Positions 46,334 to 55,075 of a stretch of 63,612 nt of DNA are shown piece after piece (the stretch's first letter is position 1; each line of letters begins with the position of its first letter). The stretch comes from Alphaproteobacteria bacterium. Lineage in GTDB: Bacteria; Pseudomonadota; Alphaproteobacteria; CAAGCB01; CAG-977. The stretch lies in NCBI GenBank assembly GCA_051888155.1, contig JBJFAY010000098.1, positions 1 to 63,612 on the forward strand. The letters are read 5' to 3'. The position numbers and the translations under genes are program-made. The notes under the pieces are model-generated. The model did no database searches and was not told the origin of the DNA. It was given only the letters and a program-made list of their open reading frames with translations.

Positions 46334-46975
46334 TTACTTAAATCTGTTTTTCTTCGCCCATTGTTCACAATCTTCGTTTTTATTGAAATACCCATGCCAA
46401 GCTCCCCGAAGATTATTGTTCATATCCTTTATAACCCCTTTTACACCACCATAGCGTTCGCGTAATTCACGATTAAATGCTTTTTCTTTAAAATCCCGAA
46501 CTTCTTTAAATGCCCCTAGCGCTAATATCCCACCAAATCCTATTTCTCCTTTTTGTGCCGCCCGACATGATAATTCCAGATGTTTTTCTCCATCATCTTT
46601 GCTTTCGTTCTTCAATCTATCATAGTGTTTTTTTATATCCAAACAATCTTGTTTTTGCTTTTCTATAAAGGACAGCTTTTTATTAATATTCGTCTCTGTT
46701 TCTCCTTTCGGCTCTAATCTACCATCAACTGTTAGATTATTCATCTTTTGATAACTTCGTATGCTTTCTTCTAACGGCTTATCCATAAAAGAACGTTCAT
46801 AAAAGGTTGGAGAAACACCTTTATAGGTTCCAACTTTTTCCATAGCATTTCTGACAGCATTTATATCGTTTAAATCATTTGCTTCCATTGGCCGGACTGT
46901 ATGCCGTAACTTTAAAAAATCATCTATTTGTTCTTCTTTTTTATTTTCCGACTGTTTTTCTTCAAAATCAAACAT
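46334..46975 (-). CDS. Hypothetical protein with a peptidoglycan-binding-like segment (candidate toxin/effector)
   Basis: IRSYQKMNNLTVDGRLEPKGETETNI resembles a PG_binding_1 helix pair. Start at MFDFEEK is preceded by AAAGGAAAAAA. The gene is AT-rich. Confidence 0.45.
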   Translation of the reverse strand: MFDFEEKQSENKKEEQIDDFLKLRHTVRPMEANDLNDINAVRNAMEKVGTYKGVSPTFYERSFMDKPLEESIRSYQKMNNLTVDGRLEPKGETETNINKKLSFIEKQKQDCLDIKKHYDRLKNESKDDGEKHLELSCRAAQKGEIGFGGILALGAFKEVRDFKEKAFNRELRERYGGVKGVIKDMNNNLRGAWHGYFNKNEDCEQWAKKNRFK

Positions 46976-47122
46976 CTGTTTTTTCCTTTCAATTATCAAA
47001 ACTAAACAACAGTTTATATCACAAAATGTTATATATTTCAAGCTTTTTAAAAGTATTCAGTTGGAATGAAACGGTTTTTATAATAAAATACAGTATGTTT
47101 TTATTTTTAACAGAGGTTTTCC

Positions 47123-47923
47123 ATGAAAATAGGCGTTACGGGCTGTGCGGGCCGAATGGGTAAAATGCTTTTAAACCGTGTTTTAACGAATAAAGACTGC
47201 GAACTGGCCGGCGGTTCCGAACGCCGCGAAAGCGGCTTTATCGGCCGCGATCTGGGGGAAGTGATCGGGGTCAGGCCGCTGGGCGTTTCGGTAACGTCTT
47301 ATCCTTTCGAACTGTTCAACGCCTGCGACGCCGTCTTGGATTTCACCGCGCCGGCGGCTACCGTCGAACATGCTAAAATCGCGGCGGAAACAGGGAAAAT
47401 CCTGATCGTCGGCACAACGGGGTTAAGCGCGGATCAAATGGAAATCCTGAAAAAATGCGCCGAAAAAACCGTTATTGTCGCCGCCCCGAACATGAGCATA
47501 GGGGTCAATCTGCTGTTTGCTTTGGTCAAACAGGCGGCGGCGGTTTTAGATCCTTCTTATGATATCGAAATCGTCGAAATGCACCACCGCAACAAAGCCG
47601 ACGCGCCGTCCGGAACGGCGCTGGGTCTGGGCAATGCCGCGGCTCAAGGACGGCAGATTGAATTAAAAGACGCAGCCCGTTATGAACGCCACGGCAATAC
47701 GGGCGTCCGGCCGGTCGGTGAAATCGGCTTTGCCGCCCTGCGCGGCGGAGACGTCGTCGGCGATCACACGGTTATTTTTGCCGGACAGGGCGAACGCATC
47801 GAACTGACGCACAAGGCTTCTTCCCGCGAAATCTTTGCCGACGGCGCGATCAAAGCCGCTTTATGGGCGCAAAATAAACCGAAAGGGTTATATTCCATGC
47901 AGGACGTTTTGGGGTTAAAGTAA
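47123..47923 (+). CDS. dapB: 4-hydroxy-tetrahydrodipicolinate reductase
   Basis: MKIGVTGCAGRMG (NAD(P)-binding), EMHHRNKADAPSGTA and HKA.SR blocks. Confidence 0.92.
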   Translation: MKIGVTGCAGRMGKMLLNRVLTNKDCELAGGSERRESGFIGRDLGEVIGVRPLGVSVTSYPFELFNACDAVLDFTAPAATVEHAKIAAETGKILIVGTTGLSADQMEILKKCAEKTVIVAAPNMSIGVNLLFALVKQAAAVLDPSYDIEIVEMHHRNKADAPSGTALGLGNAAAQGRQIELKDAARYERHGNTGVRPVGEIGFAALRGGDVVGDHTVIFAGQGERIELTHKASSREIFADGAIKAALWAQNKPKGLYSMQDVLGLK

Positions 47924-47950
47924 TTTTTTTCTCCGGACAAAAGGATTTGT

Positions 47951-48466
47951 ATGAAAAAACTGATTTTTACCGCCGTTTTCATTTTACTTTCTTCCGCAGC
48001 GCAAGCCGGCATGTACGTTTCCGCCGGCATCGGATTAAACGTCAATGACAGCAAAACAACTCAAAATGGAATAAAAAACGACTATGACAATTCAGCCTTT
48101 TATTCAGGAGCTTTGGGATACGCCCTGCCCGTACTGCCGCTACGCGCAGAAATAGAAGGCGTCTATTCCAAAAGCAATATCAAAGACGCGCCGGGACACA
48201 TGACGGTTTACGGCGTTTTGGCGAATGCTTACGCCCGGATTCCCGTTTTGGGACTTTATGTCGGCGCAGGAGGCGGATATGCTTCCGTCAAAAACAAAAC
48301 AACTCCCGTCTATCAGGGAATCGCCGGTCTGGAATACGGTTTGTTCGGGTTAAATCTGGGAATAGAATACAGACATCTTCAATCCGGAAAAGACATAAAA
48401 GACCTGAACGAAAAATCCCGTTTCCGGACAGACGTTCTGATGTTAAAAGCCCGCTTTGAATTTTAA
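47951..48466 (+). CDS. Small outer-membrane beta-barrel protein
   Basis: Signal peptide, alternating hydrophobic beta-strand pattern and a C-terminal ...ARFEF. Confidence 0.7.
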   Translation: MKKLIFTAVFILLSSAAQAGMYVSAGIGLNVNDSKTTQNGIKNDYDNSAFYSGALGYALPVLPLRAEIEGVYSKSNIKDAPGHMTVYGVLANAYARIPVLGLYVGAGGGYASVKNKTTPVYQGIAGLEYGLFGLNLGIEYRHLQSGKDIKDLNEKSRFRTDVLMLKARFEF

Positions 48467-48643
48467 CGTCCGGTTTCACTGTTTATTGACGATTGTATTC
48501 GCACCGCAGATGAAGTAGACTTGTTTAACATATCCGTTTTGCCGCACAGCCGCCGGCTGATGCGAAAACAGATATTCCAGTTCGTTTAAATTCTTTTTAG
48601 CTATATTGCATTTTAAACGATTTCGTTACTTTATGGAGAAGAC

Positions 48644-49432
48644 ATGATAGATACGAAAGCTTTTTTTAAACTCACTTACGGGCTGTACGTCGTCGGCGTT
48701 AAATGCGGCGCGAAATTCGGCGGCTGCGTTGTTGACGCCGTCATGCAGACAACCGTTCAGCCGCATACGCTGGTCATTTGCTGCAATCAGGGGACTCGGA
48801 CGCGGGAATGTATTGAAGAAACCAAAGAATTTACGCTTTCCGTTTTATCTGAAACGACGGATCCGTTTATTATCGGCAATTTCGGCTTTCAATCCTGCCG
48901 TCTGGCCGATAAGTGGGAAAAAATCCCGCACCATCTGATGAACGGTCTGCCCGTTTTAGATGACGCGGCCGCGTATTTATACTGCAAGGTTCTGGAAACA
49001 AAGCAGCTGTCGACGCACACGCTGTTTTTCTGCGAAGTCACGGACGCGCAGGACGGCGCGGGAAAAGCCCTGAGCTATACGGCGTATCAGGAATCATGGA
49101 AACCGAAAGTCATGGAAGCTTTTAAAACCGGAAAATGTTCACAAAATATTAAAGGAGAAAATACAATGACCAAATGGGTATGTAAAGTTTGCGGATATGA
49201 ATACGAAGGCGACGAACTGCCGGCGGATTACGTCTGTCCCGTCTGCGGCGTCGGCCCGGATCAATTTGAAAAAGTAGAAGAAAAAGCCGAAAAACCGGCC
49301 GCCAAAAAAGAAAAATGGGTTTGCTCCGTCTGCGGATACGTCTATGACGGCGATACCCCGTTTGAAGACCTGCCGGACGATTATGTCTGCCCCGTTTGTC
49401 AGCAGCCTAAAAGCGTTTTTGAAAAAGAATAA
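48644..49432 (+). CDS. Flavin reductase domain fused to two rubredoxin domains (high-molecular-weight rubredoxin type)
   Basis: N-terminus has the flavin-reductase fold pattern. Two copies of W.C..CGY.Y.GD...P.DY.CP.C follow. Confidence 0.8.
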   Translation: MIDTKAFFKLTYGLYVVGVKCGAKFGGCVVDAVMQTTVQPHTLVICCNQGTRTRECIEETKEFTLSVLSETTDPFIIGNFGFQSCRLADKWEKIPHHLMNGLPVLDDAAAYLYCKVLETKQLSTHTLFFCEVTDAQDGAGKALSYTAYQESWKPKVMEAFKTGKCSQNIKGENTMTKWVCKVCGYEYEGDELPADYVCPVCGVGPDQFEKVEEKAEKPAAKKEKWVCSVCGYVYDGDTPFEDLPDDYVCPVCQQPKSVFEKE

Positions 49433-49530
49433 CTACTCCCCGTAGGGGGCTACTGCCCGTAGGGGGATAACGTCCTCCCGACGGGCACTACCCGTGCGGG
49501 GAAAACGTCCTCCGGACAGGGGATTAGGCC
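49433..49530 (+). repeat. GC-rich mini-hairpin repeat cluster starting immediately after the stop codon
   Basis: TAA|CTACTCCCCGTAGGGGGCTACTGCCCGTAGGGGGATAACGTCCTCCCGACGGGCACTACCCGTGCGGGGAAAACGTCCTCCGGACAGGGG. It includes the left arm (49450-49485) of a 36-nt inverted repeat. Confidence 0.75.
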
Positions 49531-49728
49531 GTGCCGGCGGTATAAATAAATAATCTTTACCTGTCAGCAAACTTATTCTATCATTGCTCCCGCAGCCGGC
49601 AGGCCGGCTGCGGAGTGTCACAGCTCCTCAATATGGAAAATAATCCCGCCCTTTTTACGAGGGAGCCGGGGAGATAAGCATATTTATGTCGAATAACTCG
49701 GACTGTCCATATTGCAGTTGTGAACTCC

Positions 49729-49769
49729 CTCACCTTAAGGACTAATCCTTAAGGTGAGTTTGTTTTTTT
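49729..49769 (+). terminator. Strong intrinsic terminator in an otherwise gene-free region
   Basis: Perfect 12-bp stem CTCACCTTAAGG / CCTTAAGGTGAG with a 6-nt loop, then TTTGTTTTTTT. Confidence 0.7.
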
Positions 49770-49835
49770 GAATAAAGTTACGGTTCTACCTCCCGTCGGG
49801 AGGACGTTGTGCCTCGGCCGCCGGCCGCCCGTCGA
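49754..49835 (+). repeat. Direct repeat copy 1 (about 82 nt)
   Basis: GTGAGTTTGTTTTTTTGAATAAAGTTACGGTTCTACCTCCCGTCGGGAGGACGTTGTGCCTCGGCCGCCGGCCGCCCGTCGA. It recurs at 49902-49982 with a few changes. Confidence 0.8.
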
Positions 49836-49863
49836 GAGGACGTTATCCCCCTACGGGCAGTAG
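49828..49863 (-). repeat. Right arm of the 36-nt inverted repeat (35/36 match to 49450-49485)
   Basis: Its reverse complement is CTACTGCCCGTAGGGGGATAACGTCCTCTCGACGGG. Confidence 0.8.
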
Positions 49864-49901
49864 TCGGGAGGACGTTGGGCTGGTGGCGGCGCCACCCGGC
49901 C

Positions 49902-49982
49902 GTGAGTTTGTTTTTTTGAACAAAGTCGCGGTTCTATCCCCGTCGGGAGGACGTTGTGCCTCGGCCGCCGGCCGCCCGTCGA
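49902..49982 (+). repeat. Direct repeat copy 2
   Basis: See copy 1. It is preceded by its own imperfect GC hairpin and T-run. Confidence 0.8.
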
Positions 49983-50181
49983 TTTCAAATATCATCTGGC
50001 GGAAACGTTCAGAACGGAACGGCTGAAACACGGTTTCGCCATGGTTGAAGAATTATTCGAAGCCTGCCGTCTTTCAAATACCGAACTGATGCAGCTGGAA
50101 ATCGGCAAAATTCCCAGTATTCACGTGATCTTTCGGCTGGCCTGTTTTTACAAAAAACGGGTCCGGATTTCTTTGATATAA
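49954..50181 (+). pseudogene. XRE-family HTH ORF whose 5' end is buried in the repeat; possibly truncated
   Basis: LAETFRTERLKHGFAMVEELFEACRLSNTELMQLEIGKIPSIHVIFRLA is an XRE HTH. The only available start is a TTG inside repeat copy 2, with no ribosome-binding site. Confidence 0.4.
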
Positions 50182-50189
50182 CTTGATAT

Positions 50190-50222
50190 AAAAAAGCCCT
50201 CTGAGAACAGAGGGCTTTTCCT
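50190..50222. terminator. Bidirectional intrinsic terminator downstream of htpG
   Basis: AGCCCTCTG-AGAA-CAGAGGGCT flanked by A5 and T4. Confidence 0.7.
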
Positions 50223-50233
50223 TTTTACGTCGT

Positions 50234-52096
50234 CTATTGTTCAACGGCGGACATCATAAAATCCGTCACGCGCTGTGAAAACGCCGCGGGATCTTTGATC
50301 GGTTCGCCTTCAATGATTTTCGCCTGGTCAAACAACACCTGCACCAACGCTTTGTTCGTATCGCCCGTATCGCCGGCCGCGACTTTCGCCGCCAGCTTTT
50401 TAATCAGCGGGTGGCGCGGGTTAATATCAAAATAACGGTTGCTGACGTACAAAGACGGCTGGTTATGCTGGCGCATCAGGCGTTCCAGATGAATCGACGC
50501 TTCGCCGTCGCCGGTCGAAAGGGCAACCGGGCTTTTGGTCAGACGTTCCGTCGTGCGGACTTCTTTAACTTCGTCGCCGACAATTTCTTTCATAAATTTT
50601 GTCAGCGCGTCCAAATCGGCCTGCGGCGCTTTTTCCAGCTTGTCGGATTGATCCGTAATTAACAGCGTTTCCAATTCCTGCGCGCCGGCATTGACCGATT
50701 TAATCGGCTTTTCCTTATACTGCGTCAACCCCTGCGGCCAAAATTCGTCAATCGGATCGGTTAAAAGCAAAACTTCAATCCCGCGGGCGGCAAAGCCTTC
50801 CAGCTGCGGATTGTTGCGCAGAACGCTCAAATCATCGCCGGTAATGTAATAGATGCTCTTTTGGCCGTCTTTCATGCGGGAAATATAATCCGCAAGCGTT
50901 GTCAGACCGTCGCCGTTCGTCGAATAAAAACGGCAGAGCTCGGCGATTTCTTCGCGGTTATAGGAATCTTCAAAAATGCCTTCTTTCAGCACGGCGCCAA
51001 AAGCGTTCCAGAACGTCAGATATTCCTGTTCGTTTTCGGAACGTTTTTTCAATTCGCCCAGAATACGGCGGACAACGCCTGTTTTGATCTTTGCCAGAAC
51101 GGGGGTTTTTTGCAGCATTTCACGTGAAACGTTCAGCGGCAGTTCTTTGGTATCAATAACGCCCTGAACAAAGCGCAGGTAATTCGGCAACATGTCTGGC
51201 ACCTGATCGGTGATGAAAACACGGTTGATATACAGCTTGATCTGCGCGTTGCGGTTGGGTTGGAATATGTCAAAAGGCGTCTTGGTCGGAATAAACATCA
51301 GGGCCGTGTATTCGATCGTGCCTTCGGCTTTATAGTGCAGGATATCCCACGGGTCGTCAAAAGCGTGCGAGATATGGCGGTAAAAATCTTTGTACTGCGC
51401 GTCGGTGATGTCGGCTTTGTTGCGCGTCCACAAAGCGCTGGCCATGTTGATCGTTTCCGTTTCGCCCATGTAATGCATAATCACGGGAAAAGAAATATGA
51501 TCGGAAAACTGGCGCACGATGCGGCGGACTTCGGAAGCTTCGGCGTATTGATATGCGTCCGGTTTTAAATAAAGCGTGATTTTCGTGCCGCGGGAAACGT
51601 CTTTTTCTTCGGTGATCGTAAAGGATCCTTTTCCCGTTGACGTCCACAGCCAGCCTTCTTCTTCTCCGGCTTTGCGGGAACGCACTTCGACTTTTTCCGC
51701 AACCATGAACGCCGAATAAAATCCGACGCCGAATTGGCCGATAATCGTCGCGTCCTTTTGTTTGTCGCCGGTCAGGTTATTTAAAAATTCCGCCGAACCG
51801 GAACGCCCGATAGATCCCAGATCTTTAATCAAATCCTGTTTGTTCATGCCGATGCCGTTGTCGGCGATCGTCAACGTATGGGCGTCTTTGTCAGGGGTAA
51901 TATCAATTCTAAATTCACCGTCCCCTTTGGCGATATCCGGCTTCATAATCGCGGCATAGCGCAGTTTGTCGCAGGCGTCCGATGCGTTTGAAACCAATTC
52001 CCTTAAAAAAATGTCCGTATCCGAATAAAGAGCGTTGACAACAATATCTAAAATTTTGCCGACTTCAGCTTGAAATTGCATTTTTTCTTCCGACAT
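50234..52096 (-). CDS. htpG: Chaperone HtpG (Hsp90)
   Basis: FQAEVGKILDIVVNALYSDTDIFLRELVSNASDA... is full-length collinear with HtpG. Confidence 0.95.
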   Translation of the reverse strand: MSEEKMQFQAEVGKILDIVVNALYSDTDIFLRELVSNASDACDKLRYAAIMKPDIAKGDGEFRIDITPDKDAHTLTIADNGIGMNKQDLIKDLGSIGRSGSAEFLNNLTGDKQKDATIIGQFGVGFYSAFMVAEKVEVRSRKAGEEEGWLWTSTGKGSFTITEEKDVSRGTKITLYLKPDAYQYAEASEVRRIVRQFSDHISFPVIMHYMGETETINMASALWTRNKADITDAQYKDFYRHISHAFDDPWDILHYKAEGTIEYTALMFIPTKTPFDIFQPNRNAQIKLYINRVFITDQVPDMLPNYLRFVQGVIDTKELPLNVSREMLQKTPVLAKIKTGVVRRILGELKKRSENEQEYLTFWNAFGAVLKEGIFEDSYNREEIAELCRFYSTNGDGLTTLADYISRMKDGQKSIYYITGDDLSVLRNNPQLEGFAARGIEVLLLTDPIDEFWPQGLTQYKEKPIKSVNAGAQELETLLITDQSDKLEKAPQADLDALTKFMKEIVGDEVKEVRTTERLTKSPVALSTGDGEASIHLERLMRQHNQPSLYVSNRYFDINPRHPLIKKLAAKVAAGDTGDTNKALVQVLFDQAKIIEGEPIKDPAAFSQRVTDFMMSAVEQ

Positions 52097-52178
52097 TATA
52101 ACCTCCCAGTTAACAAACGTGCTTTAATTAGGTGCGACTGCGGCAGATTTCAACCCTTTATATGAAAGTTTTTCAAGA

Positions 52179-54704
52179 ATGGAACGGATTTTAACAGCTT
52201 TGCTCGGCCCGACGAATACGGGGAAAACTTATCTGGCCGTTGAAAAAATGTTAACGCATGAATCCGGCATGATCGGGTTTCCTCTGCGGCTGCTGGCGCG
52301 CGAAAACTACGACAGAATCGCGCGGCTGAAAGGAGCGGAAAACGTTGCTTTGATCACGGGCGAAGAAAAAATCATGCCGGACAATCCGTCTTATTTCGTC
52401 TGCACGGTTGAAGCGATGCCTTTGGACCGTCCGGTCGATTTTCTGGCGGTTGACGAAATTCAAATGGCCGCCGACGTTGAACGCGGGCATATTTTCACGG
52501 ATCGTCTGCTGCATGCGCGCGGCGACAGGGAAACGATGTTTCTGGGCGCGGAAACGATCAAGCCTTTGTTGAAACGGCTGATCCCGGAAACGGAAATCGA
52601 AACGCGCCCCCGATTTTCAAAATTAAGCTATACGGGAATAAAGAAAATCACGCGGCTGCCCGCGCGTTCGGCCATTATCGGGTTTTCGGTGCAGGACGTG
52701 TACGCTTTGGCCGAATTGATCCGCCGGCAAAAAGGCGGCGCGGCCGTCGTTATGGGCGCGCTCAGCCCTCGGACGAGAAACGCGCAGGTCGATATGTTTC
52801 AATCCGGCGAAGTCGATTATCTGGTGGCGACCGACGCGATCGGCATGGGGCTGAATATGGATATTTCTCATGTCTGTTTTACGTCTTTGCGCAAATTCGA
52901 CGGACAGAAAATGCGCGCTTTGTCCGCGGCCGAACTGGCGCAGATTGCCGGACGCGCCGGCCGGTACATGAAAGACGGAACGTTCGGCGCGGCTGCGGAA
53001 GCGTCCGCTTTGACGCAAGATGTGATCGACAGGATTGAAGAACACCGCTTTGAACCTTTATCCCACCTGTTTTGGCGCAATCCCGATTTAAAAACGACGT
53101 CTTTGGACGCCTTGATTTACAGCTTGAATATCCGTCCGTCTTTGCCCGGTCTGGTCGGCGCGCGCAAAGCCGAAGACCAGCAGGCGTTGGAATCTTTGGC
53201 GCGGGACACGGGGATTGTCCGGCTGGCAAATCATGCTTCGCGCGTCAAGCTGTTATGGGAAATCTGCCAGATTCCCGATTTCCGCAAAGTAACGCCCGAA
53301 GCCCATGCGCGTTTGTTATCGCAGATTTACCGTCTGATCTTGGACAAAGGACGTTTGCCGCAGGATTGGTTTGAAAAACAGGTAAAAATACTGGACAATA
53401 CCAACGGAGATATTGATGTTGTTACGGGACGTATTGCAGGAATCAGAATTTGGACGTATATTGCGCAAAGAAAAGAATGGATCGACCGGTCGGCGTACTG
53501 GCGGGACATGACGAGAGCCGTTGAGGACAGATTATCCGATGCTTTGCATCAAAAACTGGCGCAGCGGTTCGTGGACAAGCGTACATCTGTTTTGGTAAAA
53601 GGTATGAAAACACAGGTAGAATTATTTACAAAGATCGAAGAAGACGGCTCGGTTGAAGTCGAAGGGCAATCTGTCGGAAAAATGGAAGGGCTGCGTTTCG
53701 TGCCGATTACGGGCGCCGGAAAGTTTGCCGACCGCGTTTTGATTTCCGCGGCGGAAAAGGCTTTGCAGGCCGAATTTCAAAACAGAATCACGGCGATTCT
53801 CAATGCGCCCGAAGACGTTTTTACGCTGGAAAACGACGCGCAGATTTTATGGCGGGGACAGGCGCTGGGAAAAGTCGTTAAAGGACGCGATATTCTGCAC
53901 CCCGTCGTTGCTTTAAGCGTGCATGAAACAATCGAACAGGCGCAGATTGATCAGGTAAAAACACGCCTGAACGGCTGGCTGGAAGTATATCTGGCCAATA
54001 AAATCGCGCCGCTGTTCGCGGCTTTGCGCACGCTGGACGAAGAAAACGCTTCCGGTTCCGCCCGCGGTATTTTATGGCAGGTCGCCGAACAGCTGGGGAC
54101 GATGCCGCGTGAAAAAGTATTCGATTTAATCAAGGGGTTGAACGAAACGGATAAAAAGGTGCTGGCTAAAGCCGGCATGCGGCTGGGACATGATTATTTG
54201 TTTTTCCCGATGCTGTTAAAGCCCGCGGCTCAGCGCGTCTGCGCAATTTTATGGAAAATCTGGTTTGATAAAACACAGTATGCGACCGGATTTGCGATTG
54301 ACGGCAAGATGTCGTTTGCCGTCGAACGCGGCGTACCGCGCGCTTTGTATCTGGTACAGGGGTATGCTCTGGCGGGAACGCGGGCGATCCGTGTCGACGT
54401 TATGGAACGCTTTACGGCAAAGCTGCGCGAAATTACGCGGCAGGATAAAGGAAAACCGCAAGTTTTACCGCTGGATCTGTTGTCGATTGCCGGACTGAAG
54501 CGCGACGAAGCCGAAGAAGTATTCGGATTTTTAGGCTTTCGTGTTACCAAAGAAAAACAAACGGCAACCGTCGGCGAAGAAACCAAAGAAACCGAAATTT
54601 TGATGATTCAGCCGAAGTTTAAAAAACGCAAAGCCGAAACAAAGACCGAACCGGTCGATATGACTTCGCCGTTTGCGGCTTTGGCTTCTTTGAAAAAGAA
54701 ATGA
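52179..54704 (+). CDS. SUV3-like helicase-related protein
   Basis: GPTNTGKT Walker A, DEIQ box and SF2 C-terminal motifs (ATDAIGMGLN, QIAGRAGR), followed by a long C-terminal extension. Confidence 0.75.
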   Translation: MERILTALLGPTNTGKTYLAVEKMLTHESGMIGFPLRLLARENYDRIARLKGAENVALITGEEKIMPDNPSYFVCTVEAMPLDRPVDFLAVDEIQMAADVERGHIFTDRLLHARGDRETMFLGAETIKPLLKRLIPETEIETRPRFSKLSYTGIKKITRLPARSAIIGFSVQDVYALAELIRRQKGGAAVVMGALSPRTRNAQVDMFQSGEVDYLVATDAIGMGLNMDISHVCFTSLRKFDGQKMRALSAAELAQIAGRAGRYMKDGTFGAAAEASALTQDVIDRIEEHRFEPLSHLFWRNPDLKTTSLDALIYSLNIRPSLPGLVGARKAEDQQALESLARDTGIVRLANHASRVKLLWEICQIPDFRKVTPEAHARLLSQIYRLILDKGRLPQDWFEKQVKILDNTNGDIDVVTGRIAGIRIWTYIAQRKEWIDRSAYWRDMTRAVEDRLSDALHQKLAQRFVDKRTSVLVKGMKTQVELFTKIEEDGSVEVEGQSVGKMEGLRFVPITGAGKFADRVLISAAEKALQAEFQNRITAILNAPEDVFTLENDAQILWRGQALGKVVKGRDILHPVVALSVHETIEQAQIDQVKTRLNGWLEVYLANKIAPLFAALRTLDEENASGSARGILWQVAEQLGTMPREKVFDLIKGLNETDKKVLAKAGMRLGHDYLFFPMLLKPAAQRVCAILWKIWFDKTQYATGFAIDGKMSFAVERGVPRALYLVQGYALAGTRAIRVDVMERFTAKLREITRQDKGKPQVLPLDLLSIAGLKRDEAEEVFGFLGFRVTKEKQTATVGEETKETEILMIQPKFKKRKAETKTEPVDMTSPFAALASLKKK

Positions 54705-55075
54705 GCGATTCACAACGAATCGACAAATGGCTTTACTTTACACGTTTTGCGAAAACCCGCGCGGCGGCGCAGGAAATGATCGCCGGCGGGCATGTGGCCG
54801 TTAATGATGAAAAAGTCCTGAAAGCCAGCCGGGAAATAAAAACGGGCGATGAATTGAATATTCTGCGCAGTTCCGTTCGGTTTTTCGTGCGCGTGACGGG
54901 ATTTGCCGAAAAAAGAGTCGGCGCTCCCGTCGCCCGGACATTATATGAACAGCTGCGCGATCCGGAAAATTTGGCTCCGCCGCCGAAAAAAGCGTTTGAA
55001 TTCCGCGTAGCCGGATCAGGCCGTCCGACTAAACGTGACAGACGGGCGATCAACCGACTGAAAGGGAAATTTTAG
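54701..55075 (+). CDS. hslR: S4-domain RNA-binding protein (Hsp15/HslR-like)
   Basis: RIDKWLYFTRFAKTRAAAQEMIAGGHVAVN S4 motif. ATGA overlap with the helicase gene. Confidence 0.75.
   Translation: MSDSQRIDKWLYFTRFAKTRAAAQEMIAGGHVAVNDEKVLKASREIKTGDELNILRSSVRFFVRVTGFAEKRVGAPVARTLYEQLRDPENLAPPPKKAFEFRVAGSGRPTKRDRRAINRLKGKF

Noticed and set aside
46334-46600. Faint resemblance of the C-terminal domain of the 213-aa protein to serum-amyloid-A-like sequences
   Set aside because: It rests on a few spaced residues recalled from memory and cannot be supported without a profile search.
49540-49769. Tried to match the terminator-ended region to 6S RNA, SRP RNA, tmRNA or RNase P RNA
   Set aside because: None of the conserved sequence blocks or the 5'/3' closing-stem architecture of those RNAs is visible. 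I left it as an unassigned candidate.
52097-52178. Possible sigma-32 promoter upstream of htpG (GTTGAAA...CCTAATT on the minus strand)
   Set aside because: The match to the CTTG-N17-CYTATNT consensus is weak in both boxes, which is not enough to annotate.
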